Source: Malacoraja senta | Lineage: Eukaryota | Assembly (NCBI GenBank): GCA_038087875.1 | Contig: CM075987.1 | Coordinates: 6,138,001-6,202,000 of the forward strand | DNA: 64,000 nt | Direction of reading: 5' to 3' | In this document: piece by piece, positions 37,770 through 51,680 of the stretch | How the letters are laid out: the number at the start of each line of letters is the position of its first letter | Position numbering within the stretch: position 1 is the stretch's first letter | Made by a program: the position numbers and the translations under genes | Notes under the pieces: generated by a model | What the model saw: only the letters and a program-made list of their open reading frames with translations | The model's database searches: none | Told to the model about the DNA's origin: nothing

Positions 37770-39632
37770 TAAGTTTGCAGCACTTTCAGAGAAAATAATC
37801 TGCTTCTGTTGTCACCCATCCTTTTCTGGAGATGCTGCCTGACCCGCTGAGTTACTCCAGCACTTTGTGTCTATCTTTGGTATAAACCAGCATCTACAGT
37901 TCTTTGTTCCCATCATATTTGTGATTTGTCTCCAAGCATGTGGTGGAAGCTAACATCCCTCTTAAAATGAAGAAACAACTTTAAGTCTAGTTAGGGGTGC
38001 CCTTTCAGAAATGCCTAGGCCTCTGGCATCCACTTTCTATAAAGAAAACACGTTGAGAATTTTCAATATTTTTGTGGTTTATTGTAAAATAGAATTTTTG
38101 TTTCATGCAACACCCTCTTGTTTTTTAATCAATATAGAGTGTGTCAAAATGTTGAAACACTCTGATCAATATTTTAACTCGCCAGAATTCTGGAGTTGTA
38201 TAATTGGCCATATTTTACAATTCAACAGCATTTTAAAGTTGATTATTAATATATTTAAGCTTTACTAATGATGTAGTGCATTTTTATTTATTTTTCAGTG
38301 TTGAAAACTATTTGGTAAATTCAGCAAAGCTATTCATTTCATTTGTGTTTGCTTGCTTTGTGATTAAAGAGCATGCAATAGTCCAGTCTATTAAAGTAAA
38401 TTGTGTAGGAAGGAACTGCAGCTGCTGGTTTATACCGAAGATAGACATAAAATGCTGGAGTAACTCAGCGGATCAGGCAGCATCTCTGGAGAAAAGGAAT
38501 AGGTGACATTTCAGGTCGAGACCCGTCTTCAGACTAGTAAATTGTATGGTTTTGAAATCATTCCTTTAGTTCAAATTATTAAATCTGATGAATTATTGGC
38601 AACACTCCAAATTGCAAGTCATTATCATTTAACAAACTTGTTTGGAAACTTGTGCAGTTCTCAACTCAAGTTACAAGAGAGGTCTGCTGGTTCGTATATT
38701 GCTTGACATTCTTTACAATGCGAATTATTTGATCTCAGCTAGAGATACCAGTCTTGCCAAATAGAAGACTAAATCCTTCCCTCAAGGGAACGATGGAGAA
38801 AATGTGAGAAAAGCTGAAAATTATCACGTACACTGTTTAATTCTCCTTGCAGAGCCTCTAAATTTTCCTTTTTATTTACTATTTGACATGTTAGCGACAT
38901 AAGAAACTGCCAACAACAAGGTTAGATGAGCTCAGTTTAGCTTGACAAGTTTCCTCCTTACTTGAGGTTTTTGCAGATGGATGGTATTGTAAAGCAATGC
39001 ATTTAGTCTTTTTGAAAGCTTTGTAGGTACCATCTGAAAGATTGCTCATTAAATTGAAAGGTGCATGGAATCGGGGTTGAACAAGTTACGGCGAGAGAAG
39101 GAGTGAACCGTGGATACTCCAGAGAGGTGCGAGAACAAAATGGATGAATGGGGAAGCTAAGTGAAGTTTTACAAAGATTAAAGGGCGAGTGCTTGGAGTT
39201 CTCTTGTTCCTAATGCACATAAATAAAATGGATCATGAAATCAATGCGGTCGTGATGATGAGAAATTCAAAGGTCAGCCGGTCATATCAGGATTAAATCA
39301 ATTATGCAGTCATACAAAAAAACTGATGCTAAGAAATGAAGTAATACATGAACATAAAAACTGTGTTCAGTAGAGTCCAGTCATGCAGTGAAGTATTGAA
39401 CAGAAATAAATGTTTGTCTTTGGACATGGCTTGAGCCATCGAATGTAAATGTACGGAAATTGTGATGCTTCAGAAGTGCTTTAGAAAGCAAGTAGACAAA
39501 AAATGACAAGTCTGAAAAGTAGATTAGGAAATGTGAAAAAGATTAAGTTTGAGGAATTGGGGAGTTCATAAAATTATTACAGAGTTTTCTTGACTTTATC
39601 TGATCTGACTCGATCTTTAGTCCCATATTTAC

Positions 39633-39916
39633 TTTAGTTTAGATATACTGCGCGGAAACAGGCCCTTTAGCCCATCGAGTCTGCGCCGACCAGTGATCCC
39701 CGTACATTAGCACTATCCGACACACTAGGGGCAATTTTTCAATTTTTATCGAAGCCAATTAACCTACAAACCTGCACGTTTTTAGAGTGTGGGAAGAAAC
39801 CGGAGAAAACCCACGCGGTCACAGGGAGAACGTGCAAAATGCGCACAGACAGCACTCGTCAAGATAGAACCCGGGTCTCTGGCGCTGTAAGGCAGCAACT
39901 CTGCCACCGTGCGCCC
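39633..39916 (-). mobile_element. tRNA-derived V-SINE (HE1-like)
   Basis: The - strand shows a GGGCGCACGGTGGCAG...GACCCGGGTTCTATC tRNA-like head, the V-domain TTTGCACGTTCTCCCTGTGACCGCGTGGGTTTTCTCCGG, and a CR1-like tail ending in (CTAAA)n. Confidence 0.85.
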
Positions 39917-41830
39917 ATTTTCATGCCATTTTTCCTCAAATATCTGTCCAGTCTCCTTTGGATATTGGGCTTCTATTGAATTTTTTTCACGTGCTCTAAC
40001 TACCACATTTTCAAAACCACAAGTACGTGCTGGATGAATAGAATTTCTAAACACATAGATAGTTCTGTTCCAGGCCCTTGAAATTTGTGCCCTCTGCTTA
40101 TTAACTTCCAACCGCTGGCGGCGTTATTTGTTCTACTTGAACCTTTAATGATCAGGAGCACCTTTCCCTCAGCCCCTCCCGTGCTGGCAGCTCCCCTGGA
40201 GAACCACACTATTTTGATCTCACTGTCAAATCTATATTTAACCTAGATCTAAATTGTTAGACTGAAATACCAAATGTTGTAAATGACCAGATCAATGAAA
40301 TTGGGTGACAATTAACGCGATGACTATTTGGAAGGTTCAGCCAAAGTTAACTGAGAATATTGGAATTGTTACATAGTTGAATTTCACAATGCCCGCATCA
40401 AAGTGCACATTTTTAAAGACTGTCTTTTATAAATTGGCATGCTGCGTTTCTCCTAATAACATACAGATGTGTGAAATTTTACTTGTTTTTGGAGGATGAG
40501 GTTAGGATGCATTAATAATATTGGAAATCAGTTCATGCTTTGGTTGATGCTAACCAGCAGTGAAAATACAGTTGGGGCTCAAACCTCAACGGAGCAGAAC
40601 TCAATGACACTGACCAGTGGAGGTCACCTTAAACTGTTTGGTTTGTTGACACATAAAGTGCAAATACTCTGAGGCGTAGGTTTTGGCTCAAAGAATTCAG
40701 ACAATCCATTGCCATCTTAGTCTCTTTATTAGAGCCAGCTAGCTATAAGTCAAATGTTGAACAGGAATTTCAACATGAACATTTTCAGGAATTCTGATGT
40801 TTAAATATGCCCAGAGGTTTTAGTTAAATGAGCAGAACAGTTAAAATTCCAGCCTGGTTAAAAAGACCACAGATGTCTCGGCCCTGAAAGCGTACCTTTT
40901 GCTTTTGTACGGTTCTGACATAATTTGATTACTGGCATTCAAAACAAATTAGTGTTAATTTATTGACATTGGTTGTGAGACTTCATTGGATCCAATGAAA
41001 GCTCAGTTCATACAGTAAATTTAGTTAGGAAGTTGGAATGGGCAGTTAGTTGCAGGTAATTGTTGTGCATCATTATAGTAATTCAATTGCAGTAATGTAA
41101 CTGAATTAATGTGGGGGCAGTATTCTTCATTTAAATTGTTTATAAAGCTCCAATTCATGACTGATATTTGAAGCACAATGAAAAAAATCTTATCCACAGA
41201 AGTGCATATTCAGCTCAATGGTTATTGCAAAAATCACCACATTGACATCAGCCCTCAAGTGTCAAAAGTATAGTAATGTTCCAGTTAAGTCATGTTTTGG
41301 GGCAGTTGTGATGCTACTTGGGAATAAATACTGATTCTAGTTAATTGTTATAAAAATGCAAACTATTAATCTGACATATCAAACACAAAGTGATAGAGTA
41401 ACTCAACGGGTCAGGCAGCATCTCTGGAGGATTTTTCAAGTTGGGACAGTTTAGACTGAAGAAGTGTCCCGACCCAAAACGTGACCTATTCATATCCTCA
41501 AGAGATGCTGCCTGGCCCACTCTGTTACTCCAGCACTTTGTGTTCATTTACGTGGAAAATCTATTGGAAAATTGCTTGTGCTATTTTCTTGTAGGATAAT
41601 TGTACATCATTTAGAAGTGTACTTTCCCAGAAAAGTTAGTGAAGGGATAATAATAATAATCTGTGAGTGTTAATCTTTACCAAACTCCTTTCTGACATTC
41701 ACTTCCAAACAAATGCACCGAAAGAAGTAAGTCATTGGCATGGGGTGATGGCATATGCTTTTGATTTAATTTAAGTTAAAGACTCCCTAAGGCTTTGATA
41801 CAATTGAAAACATAAGAGGTTACCAATAAT

Positions 41831-42134
41831 GTGTAGGAAGGAACTGCATCTGCTGGTATATACCGAAGATAGATACAAAATGCTGGAGTAACACATCAGG
41901 TCAGGCAGCATCTCTGGAGAACAGGAGTAGGAGACATGTCGGGTCGGTACACTTCCTCAGACTGAAAGATAGAGAAGGGCCGGCAACAGATGATCTAGGA
42001 AGTGTGGAGTCCACAATGGACCAGAGTCCATAATGGGCCATTGTCAGCGGGGGAGGATGTGCTAATGTCAGGGATACAAGGATGCGAACAGGGAAAATCA
42101 TAGGATGACTAGGGTGGCATAACCATATGCGGGA
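41831..42134 (-). mobile_element. Penelope terminal repeat with TSD
   Basis: TSD GTTACCAATAAT (41819-41830 / 42135-42146). Confidence 0.7.
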
Positions 42135-45100
42135 GTTACCAATAATCTTTGTCCAGCCTCCAAGCACGTAATCTGCTGAAATTATTTCTATTTTCTTTGG
42201 ATGTGAATTTACTCCCAGCAAGCTCCAGCTGCATTGGCTCCATTGCCACAATTGCTGATGTGGTTAGGTCCGGGTATCTCAGACGGCCTGGATTTCCACA
42301 TTGGCAGGGCATGGGCAGTACCCGATTGGTTGGCCATCCCTAATTGCCCTTGACAAGATGTGGGGTGAGCCTCAGTCTTGAACTACTGTGGTGGTCCTCA
42401 TGTAGTTGGTATTGGGCAAGGAGTTGTAGATTTTAGACCCAGTGATAATCTAATAGAGGAACAGTGAGAAAACACTGCATCCCTGCTCAATTGTCCCTTG
42501 TGATAGAGGTTGCAAGTTTGGGAATGTTCAAGATAAATAACACTTGTTTTCTCAGTTGCACATTAAATAACTTGCTTCTGCTGAAAACAAAGGTATAAAT
42601 ATGTCAGCTCTTTACATTTAGACTCCCAACAAGTAGTGGGATCAGATAAAGACGAGTGCAGCCTCTAACAACATTGTTTGTACTGAAACATAAACAATTG
42701 ATTTATAATATTTGATGGTAGTTTCTGTAATTGAAGACTTGTTGTTTTCTAATTCTACTTTAGTAAGTACTTTAAAGGTTATGGGCTCATGACATTCAAG
42801 GGGATGTTAAGAAGAAATAGGTTAATATATCAACATGTATAGTCAGGTTCTTGATTAGTCAACTAAGGGGTCATCATTGAAGGCAAAGTGATATTGTCAG
42901 GGTGCATGAGTTTAAAAGCAATGCTCTCATCCTAAAACTCTTTTACTACAGATATGTGATTTTATTTATGATAATCTTAAGTAGGAATCTTTTGTGTGCT
43001 GCAGAGAAATCCAGTTGAGGTGACCAATTTTGATAGCTTCTGATGTATTCATAGAACTGATCTGTAAATCTAAATATGGCCTTTGCCGTGTTCAATGTTC
43101 AAGGTTGTTTGGACAGCCGAGCAATGCCCAGAAAAGGCAATCCTCTTCCTTTTATTCCTTTCCTACCATTGCTAGACTTCAGCACAAACTAATCAACACA
43201 GCTGACTTGGCCCAGTGTCCACAACTAATATGCCGTGAGCAAATTTAATATAAATGGATTTAGTCCTTTGGACCTAAAACATTTACATACACTGCTCGGA
43301 CACACCAAAACCTAAAATATCATTTGTGTTCCAAAGAACTGTTCAACGTGGTTATGGAACTCTGCAAGTGCATAGGAAGAAGTTATTTGTCCTTATTCAT
43401 TGATCTCATCTCCAGATGAGCAAGCCATGACCTAAACTAAAGGAAGAAAATCTGTATCTAAAACAGTGTAGTACGGGACATACCATCAGTGACCTTTTGC
43501 ACCATGGACAAAGTGCAGCTTGCCTCTAATTATATTGCAGAAATAGTAACTGAGTTGTAAGGAGAGGATGTGCAGGCTGGAGCTTTATTCCTTCGGGTGC
43601 AGGAGATTGAGGGGTGATCGTACAAATCATGAGAGCGTAGAAAAAGGTAATACATGGTCTTTTTCCAGTGTTTGGGAATAAAAAATTAGCGAGCATTGGT
43701 TTAACGTGACAAACATATAGTAATGACCTGAGCGACAATTTCTTGGGGTGTGTGTTGGGTACATGGAATGAGCTAACAGAGAAAGTGATTGAGGCAGGTA
43801 CAATAACAACATTTACAATACACTTGGATGGGTATATGGATAAGAAAGGTTTAGAGAGATGTGGGTCAAACCTGGGCAAATGGGCCAAGCTCAGTGAACA
43901 TTTTGGTTGGCATGGATAAGTTGGGCTGTTTTCGTGCCGTATGAAAGCACTTTAGGGAACGGTGAGCAAGTTGTTGAATTTCATGCTCTCCAAAAGCAAT
44001 CAACTGCACATCAGCCAAGCTGTTTCCAGCGTCGCTGTTGATGGAGCTGTGTAGTATCAATTGGTTGACTGTTGATTTTGCTGATTGATGGACAACATTG
44101 TTTCAATTACTTCAGAAGTTTCTGGTTCACTGCATTGGCAGCTGATGCTAATGAGGTCTGTGATTCTGAAGTTTCCAATTGTGAACCTGTACGGGTGAAG
44201 GCCACATGGATGAAGAGGAGGAGAAAGCATTGTGTCGTACCTCATGATTCAGCAACCTCTCAGTTCCATACCTTCAATTCTTGCACTGACTCTAAATCAA
44301 ACAATCTGCAGATTATTTGTTCTTTCCTGGGGCAATATCTGAGACAAGTGGAGAAAATTAAATTCATTTTCCATCAGCTTTTTTTCCAGTCTGATAAAAT
44401 GAATTGCCCAGCAACTGCTATCTGTGGAGCCAGGAAACTGCAGATGATGGAGTCTTGAAATCTGAAGAAAGGTCCTGACCCAAAACGTTGCCTGTCCATT
44501 TCTCTGCACAGATGCTGCCTGACCTGAGTTCCTCCAGCATTTTGTTTTTTGCTCAGTATAGTATTTGTAACTCCTTATTCAAGATCTATCCATTGCTTTT
44601 ATGAATATACTACAAGCTTTGAATCGTCTGAACAAGAAGTGATTTGTCACAAATGCCTAAAAATGGTCAAAGGAGAATTAGCCTTCTTAAATTAGAAGAC
44701 GTTTCTTGCACTTTCCTCTGTGCTTTAACTGGGATGTTTTGTGAACCACTATTGTACAGGAGACTGAGTGTTGTATACCCTTCCCATCACCACCAATGTT
44801 TTGGCTGAGGCAAGTAATCTGTTAAAAACAAAATCTATCCTGAGCACCCGTGAGATGTTAATTGCTTTGCCTCTAGGTTGATGGATCAAATAGTAAGTCA
44901 TCGGAGTAAATGTAACCGATACTTTAGTTCATGCCATTGTGGTCAGTCACTTGACATTTTGGAAAATTTATAACCTCATTACTAAATGAATGAGGTTGTC
45001 TAAAGGCAACTGAGGGTTACTTCGAGACGTTTTTGGGTTGTACCCAAGAAAGTTTGCATTGTGTGTGTTTGACTTGGCACTTTAGCATTGCTGCATCTAT

Positions 45101-45279
45101 TACTGATGTCTCAGAGCAATATCTGCCTGAAAAAGATGAAATCATTTCTGCACTTTTTTTTCTCCCAAGGTTCACATCCATCAGATGTATTGTGGCCTAA
45201 AATGTGGGAGCTCTGTTTTCCTCGACTGCAATTTGCACACTGTTAAAATAGGTCTAGGCAGGATCCCATCTCCCATAGG

Positions 45280-46440
45280 TGCTATACGATGCTATTCATT
45301 TACTATAGTTCTGCCTTCAACATCACAATACCAAATAATCTCATCCCTAAACTTCTGGATCATAGCCATGGGCGCTCCATCTATAGCTGGCTTCTGGACT
45401 TCCTAATTCTCTGGCCTCAGTTGGTTAGAATTGGTCCTACCATTTTTTCTACTCTGTCCTCAAAACTGGTGCCCTCAGGGTTGTGTGCTCAGTCCCTCGC
45501 TCTGCTCTCTGTACACCTTTGACTGTGTGACCAAGTATCAATGCCAACACAATCTTCAAGTTCGCCGATGATACTTCTATTGTCTGCCGGATCAAAAACA
45601 GAAATGAAGTACAGGAAAGATATCAAAAACTTTGTGTCACAGTGTCATGACAACAACCTAGCCCTTAGCATCAGCAAAATGGAAGAGTTGGTTGTCGACC
45701 AAGCCAGTGAAGGGGTGACCACAATCCGATCCTCTTCAATGGAGCTGCTATAGAGATGGTCAACAGCTTCAAGTTCCGAGGTATCCATATACCAGCAACC
45801 TAACCTGGTCCCATCCCACTGAGGCGGTGATTAAGAAAACTCCTCAATGTATGTACTTTGGCAATTGAGAACAATCGGCATGTTCACAAGAAATCTCAAA
45901 CTTGCACATATGTGTCACAGGAAGTATCCCGACGGGGTGCATCTCAGACTAGCACGGCAACTGGCTTTCTCTTGACGGTAGAGAATGGTGAATACAGCCC
46001 TGTCCATCACAGGCTCTCACTTCCTTCCATCCACAGTGGATTGCATCTGGAAGGCTGCAAGTCACGCCAAGGAAGCCAGCCATCCTGGCCATTCCCTTTT
46101 CTCTCTCCTACCTTCTGGGAAAAGATAGCGAAGCTTGAAAGGCTGGATGTCCAGACTTAAGAACAGCTTATTTCCCACTACTATCAAAGTCCTCAACCAG
46201 TCAGCTCTTTCACACACCATCCCTGGAGGTGCTGCCGTGTACTCTCTGACTCTCTGCCTCATTCAGTTATTCTGTTGCTGTAATTACATTTCCCCCACTA
46301 CTTCACACTGCATTCCTTTGCACCGTTGTCATGTTTTGCATGGCATTTTATTTAATGTTGTATTTACATGTATATACAGTGTTTACTCTTGAGTTTCATG
46401 CGAACAAAGAAACTCGTTGTACCCTGGTGTATATAGAAAA
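45280..46440 (+). mobile_element. Decayed Rex1/Babar-type LINE (RT to 3' end)
   Basis: Remnants YSSAFN.TIP..LI.KL, G.PQG.VLSP, KFADD, LSISKMEELVVD and RLKNSLFP, in broken frames. Confidence 0.75.
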
Positions 46441-47854
46441 ACTCATCTAAATGTAGTCGACAAATGAGATTTGCTTGTGTTTCAAAGGGTAGGTAGTTTG
46501 TTTGACTTTCCAACAACAGTAATTTGTAATGAAATAGCACTTTCATCAAAAAAAACATTCCAGCCCTTAATTGCCAGGTAACAAAAAAAAGAATTTGGTT
46601 CAGTGTGTCCTGTACATTTGTCACCAGCCCGATTTTGGTCAGGTTACAAATGATTTAGATAAAATATTTTCTGCGGGAATATTTTTTTGCTCCATTCTGT
46701 CACAGTTTTAGTATCTTTAAAAAGGTGAATAAATGATGAAAGGAAACCGTGTCATCGCGGGCCCCGTCCGACTTATGGTCGGCACGTGGCCTTGTGATTT
46801 AGAAGGCATTTCTAGTAATACCCCAAAAACCTCTCAAGCTACAAAGTCTGCTCTGCACAGATAAATAGAAATAACACGAGGCTGATACATGAGAGGTAGC
46901 TTATTTTATTTCATATTGGTGAATAAAAGGAAATTGTATTGATGCCATTAACTAGTTTTCTCTTACTTTGTGTATACACACTTTACAATTTGGCGTGAAG
47001 AACAATTTTTGTAATACGGTTTGCTAAAACTGTTGATTGAACCTTGAGGTCCCTAGGAGACAAGCTGGCAATCTTCCACTAATAACAATTGCAGAAAAAT
47101 GTGACTCTAGTAAATCCCCAGTGTGTATTTGAGTGGATGGCTGATGGTTGCATGCACTACCCTTGATTACCAAACCATCACTGAGAGATTCTGTATGATA
47201 AATGCAGCATGAACTCAAGTTCTGTAAGAGACTCTAATACTACGTATTCTTGCGGAATCGATAGTGTTATGGTGCACCTGTATTTACAAACATTAATCTT
47301 GCATGAGGGCAGCTGACCCTGGCTCGCACTTGCAGTTGACGCATCACATTTCTGTCTTGATTGCCCCACCATACTTCAATTCTGTCAAAAATACACTGGA
47401 AAGCTTCAAGTCTTAGGTTGTCGACAATTAAGACTACATTTTGATTGTTCTAACGATGTTGGGCAGGCTGCTTTCAAAGTTAGAACTGTACTAATTAGGG
47501 TTTTATTAGCGCACAATAAAAGCTGCTTTCAAAGTATATTAACAAGATGTAATATTTATAATTTACTGCACTTGGAACATGCAGCAATGCTTCAGACCGA
47601 ATCATTGCAGCACACAAGGTGGCCGTTTGGCCCATCGTGCCTGCACCAGCTCTTCACCAGAGCAACTCCCTAGTTCAGGAGCCTTTCCAATTTTTCTCCA
47701 CCATGTATTTACCCAGTTCCCTCTAGAGGGCCACAAAGGAATCTGCCTTCGCCAGAGTGGCAGGCAGTACATTCCAGATTCCAACAAGACACTTTATTTT
47801 AAAAAGTTATCGTGTCATTCTTACTTTCCCTCTCTTTTAGTTTATAGATTCAGA

Positions 47855-48460
47855 GTGCTTTCAGACTTCCTCCTCAACAGAACACAATCTGTCCTAGTTG
47901 GTAGCAAGACCTCCTCCTCGATAACCATCAGCACAGGAGCCCCTCAAGGCTGTGTGTTCAGCCCTCTGCTCTATTCACTCTAGACCTATGACTGTGTAGC
48001 CAGACACATTTACAACTACTCCTTCAAATTCGCCGACAAAATCGCCGTTGTTGGGCGAATAACAGAATATGACGACTCAGAATATAGGAGGGAGATCGAT
48101 TGACTGACCAAATGGTGCCAGTCGGCACCTTGCTCTAAAACCATGAAACTGATTGTTGACTTTAGGAGAGGAAGGCGAGGATCCACAAATCCACGGGATT
48201 TATAATTTAAAATTCCTGGGCGTGCATATTCCTGAAGATCTGTTCTGGACCCAGCACATTGATGCAATTGTAAAGAAACCACATCAATGCCTCTACTTCC
48301 TTCGAGGACTGAGGACATTTGGAATGTCGACGAATACTCTCTTGAACTTCTACAGGTGTACAGGCGAGAGCATATTAACTGGTTGCATCATGGCCTGGTT
48401 CAGCAACTCAAACGCGCAGAATCAAAGAAAATTGAAAAAAGTGGTGAAGACTGCCGAATA
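47855..48460 (+). mobile_element. Decayed Rex1/Babar-type LINE RT fragment
   Basis: DFLLNRTQSV.VGSKTSSSITISTGAPQGCVFSPLLYSL; KFLGVHI.EDL.WTQHID; LYFLRGLRTFGM...LLNFYRCT.ESILTGCI.AW. Confidence 0.8.
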
Positions 48461-48486
48461 TAGTTCTCTGCATTGTAGCGCATCAG

Positions 48487-48648
48487 AGGTAGACACAAAA
48501 TGCTGGAATAACTCAGCGGAACAGGCAGCATCTCTGGAGAGAAGGAATGGGTGACGTTTTGGGTTGAGACTCTTCTTCAGACTGAAACCTGACTGACCCA
48601 CACCTGCAATGGACCCCAAATGCACTTCATTCAAAAATCTTTCCTACA
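48487..48648. mobile_element. Penelope terminal repeat with TSD
   Basis: TSD CATTGTAGCG(C/T)ATCAG (48471-48486 / 48649-48664). Confidence 0.7.
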
Positions 48649-50112
48649 CATTGTAGCGTATCAGTTCTTTAGACAATGTTCAATGTTCACAATGAGGTAG
48701 AGGTGAATGGAACAGTACTTTAGCTTACCGAAGGACCCGGTGCAGAGGTAACTCAGCGGGTCAGGCAGCATCTCTGGAGAACATAGGTAGGTGATGTTTT
48801 GGGTCAGTACCCTACTTCAGACTGATTGTAGTGAGGGGGTGAAGCGGGAAGAGAGGAGGGGCACAACTAAGCTTGGCATCTGACGGGTGGGTATAGGTGA
48901 GGTGGGTGGTTTGATAGGCAAATGGTTGAACAGAGTGAAAGACAAAAGATTTGTCTAGCACCAGAGGTCAGAGCCTCAGAATAAAAGGGCGTACCTTTAG
49001 AAAGGGGATGAGGAAGAATGATAAGCCAAATGGCCTAATTCTGCTCCTATAACTGATGAGCTTATGAAGATGTAAAAAGACCAAAGGTGTTCTGAAGGAC
49101 CACTCAGAATACTGATAACAGAAGCTGTTCCTGAGTCTGGTCATTGTTCTGATCCTCACTGAGTTCTGCCAAATCCTGATTCCAGCATCTGCAGTGAATT
49201 GTCTCCAAGATGTCCCTGAATTATCAACAAGATGTCCCTGATTTGGAGGCAAGAGTGATGCCTGCTGCACCACAGTGGATATGCATGGACCTTTTTAAGA
49301 TTAGCTTGTGCAGAATTTACTGTTCTTCAGTTAACTTATTGAGTGCTCTGTACTCTTTTTATTGTAGCATCTTGCTTTATGGAGGGTTTAATGTATCAGT
49401 TTACTGTAGATGTCTTAAACCTTTGGAATCGTGTTGTTATTTATGCAGGTGATATGTGATTATTGTAGCAGGACACTGTATACCAAGTTCAACATGGATT
49501 TAGTTACTGTTATGGATTTTTTAATACTTGAGGGCTATTCTTCCTATGATGTACGGTACAGGTGTTAACATTTACATTCTTTGCCTGCTATGGCGTAGCA
49601 TATGCTTGATTTCATTTCAGAGTGAAAAATAGATGAAATGCCAAGGATTCAAATAATGTATAATTCACAGCAAGTGACAGCAGGCTTTTAATACTTGCTG
49701 CAGCCGACAGCCCAGCACCAGGAAATGTCACACTTGGAGTGAAAGCAACTTGCTTCCTGTTATGTAGGCTTTCTTGATGACTAAGTGATCGATTACCTAT
49801 GACTTTTTTTTCATTTGGGAAAACCTTATGCAAAAGTGTGTTTCTTTTTAAGCAGTTTCATTTGTTAAACACAATGGAGACTTAATATATAAGTATATCA
49901 AGTGCGCACTTGAAATATCATTTACACCACCTGACTACACGAAGTGCTTGTCAAATTGAAAGAGCCGGCAGTAATTTACTACGCTGCTGTAGGAGTTAAA
50001 ATGCGAAATGAATTGCGTTAGATCTTTTTCTTTGCCGGATGCCTAAACCAGGGTTCCTTTCTATATCTCTACATCACCGTCTATATCTCTCGGTTCCCTT
50101 TCCCCTGACTCT

Positions 50113-50149
50113 CAGTCTGAAGAAGGGTCTCAACCCGAAACGTCACCTG
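50113..50149 (+). ncRNA. Minimal type-I hammerhead ribozyme motif in a Penelope terminal repeat, core intact, on the pre-mRNA strand
   Basis: CUGAAGA (50117-23), extra A, stem II GGGU-cuca-ACCC, GAAA (50137-40), C, then GUC (predicted cleavage after 50144). Helix III is reduced to the palindrome ACGU. Short stem I from cagu / ac(c)ug. Activity not demonstrated. Confidence 0.65.
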
Positions 50150-50829
50150 TTCCTTTTCTCCAGAGATGCTGTCTGAATCGCTGAGTTACTCCAGCTTTTT
50201 GTGTCTATCTTCCTTTCTACCAACCTGTGGTGGTGGTGTGACTCTTGGGATTTTCTTATTGTCTAGGGTTATGGGGAGAAGGCAGGAGAATGGGGTTGAG
50301 AGGAAAAGATAGATCCGCCAGGATTGAATGGCGGAGTAGACTTGATGAGCCAAATTACCTAATTCTGCTCCTAACACTTCTGTACGTATCCCCACACATG
50401 TCTCTCACAGCTGAGGGTGCAAATTAATTGGGGTGCATTGGTCAGCTACAAATTGAGTGCTAACCAGAGAAACTTCAACATTGGGGAGATTAATGAAAAT
50501 GATTCAATTTTGGACTGTTTTCTTACCTCGTGCCCGACACAACCTTCTCTCCAGCATGTGTGGCACGTCCCACCACCATACCATTATCAATGCATTATAG
50601 GGGGTATATAACATAATGTCCTGATAACTGGCCCCATGAAATCATTTTGACATCCTATCCCTTTGTTCTGCGCAACACAACCCCCTCCTACTGAAAACCT
50701 GCTTGCACCCCAGTCTCTTTCCCAGTTCTGACGAAGAACCACAGACCCGAAAAAGTGACCATTTCTCCTTCCACATAACAGCCTGACTTGCCAAAGGTTT
50801 CCAGCATTAACTTTTTTTTGCCAACTTCA

Positions 50830-51680
50830 TTGTTACTAAAGTTAAGGAAAACCTTGTAGAAAATGCAGACAGCGTAATAATAGTTGATGTAGATGAATGA
50901 TGGCTTTAAAAAAATAACGTGATAAAGAAAATTTAAATAATCTTGTTGGTCCAGAAGGGTCGCCGTTTTCTTCCTTGAACGTTTGTACGTACCTGCTGAC
51001 CATGCACGAATGTATTCACTCCACCAGTAGCAGTTGCGCCCTCAGCTGTCATGTCTCTGAGCTCTGTAATTCCTTCTACAATCCATGCTCCACTGCATTT
51101 CTTTTGTTCTGTAAGAAGCTTCCAAAACTCTCCAGTTAGATCTTCCATGGTCATCTGCATGAAAATGTCATTGTCCCAGAAATTTCTGCAAAAGCTCTCT
51201 GCCACCTTTTTTTATTATTTTTTATTTTTTATTTTATTTTTATTTATTAGAAGTACATTACATTACAACCACATACATTAATACTCGTCATTTGTATCTT
51301 CTTACAATAAGATTGAAAGAGAGAAGAAAGTGAAGGAAAAAGTGAAAGTGTAGAAAAGTGTAGAAAATGTAACAACAAAAAAGGACGAAGACCCTATAAG
51401 AGCGAAATTAAAAACAAAAGAAAAAGAGTTAAGAAATAGGCCCTAGGAAAAAAAAGAGAAAAAGAGAGAGGAAAAAAAAAAGAAAAACATATATTTTTTT
51501 GAGCATTACGTAAATAGGACATACCAACTCTTCAACTATCATTCCCCCTTACCCGACCTCAATTTTTTATTTTTTTTTAAAAGTACTTTTGCATCTGCCA
51601 CCCTTAACAAGAAAGCCAACATGCCAACTGGGATCATTTTTTTGCAACCACTGAAAACCAACTGGTGGGTTGTTGTTGCA
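50830..51680 (-). pseudogene. Possible highly decayed piggyBac transposase fragment (split by the 51207-51593 insertion)
   Basis: The - strand reads RPFWTNK...YFFKAI...QLLLRCLHF, then SNNE in another frame. This resembles piggyBac YWST...PFF...RF.L.LRCLHF.DN. Short motif only. Confidence 0.35.
51207..51593 (-). mobile_element. Poly(A)-tailed retroposon 3' fragment (L1/Tx1-like)
   Basis: T-rich tail on the + strand at 51207-51248 and a 9-bp TSD TCTGCCACC (51198-51206 / 51594-51602). Confidence 0.55.
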
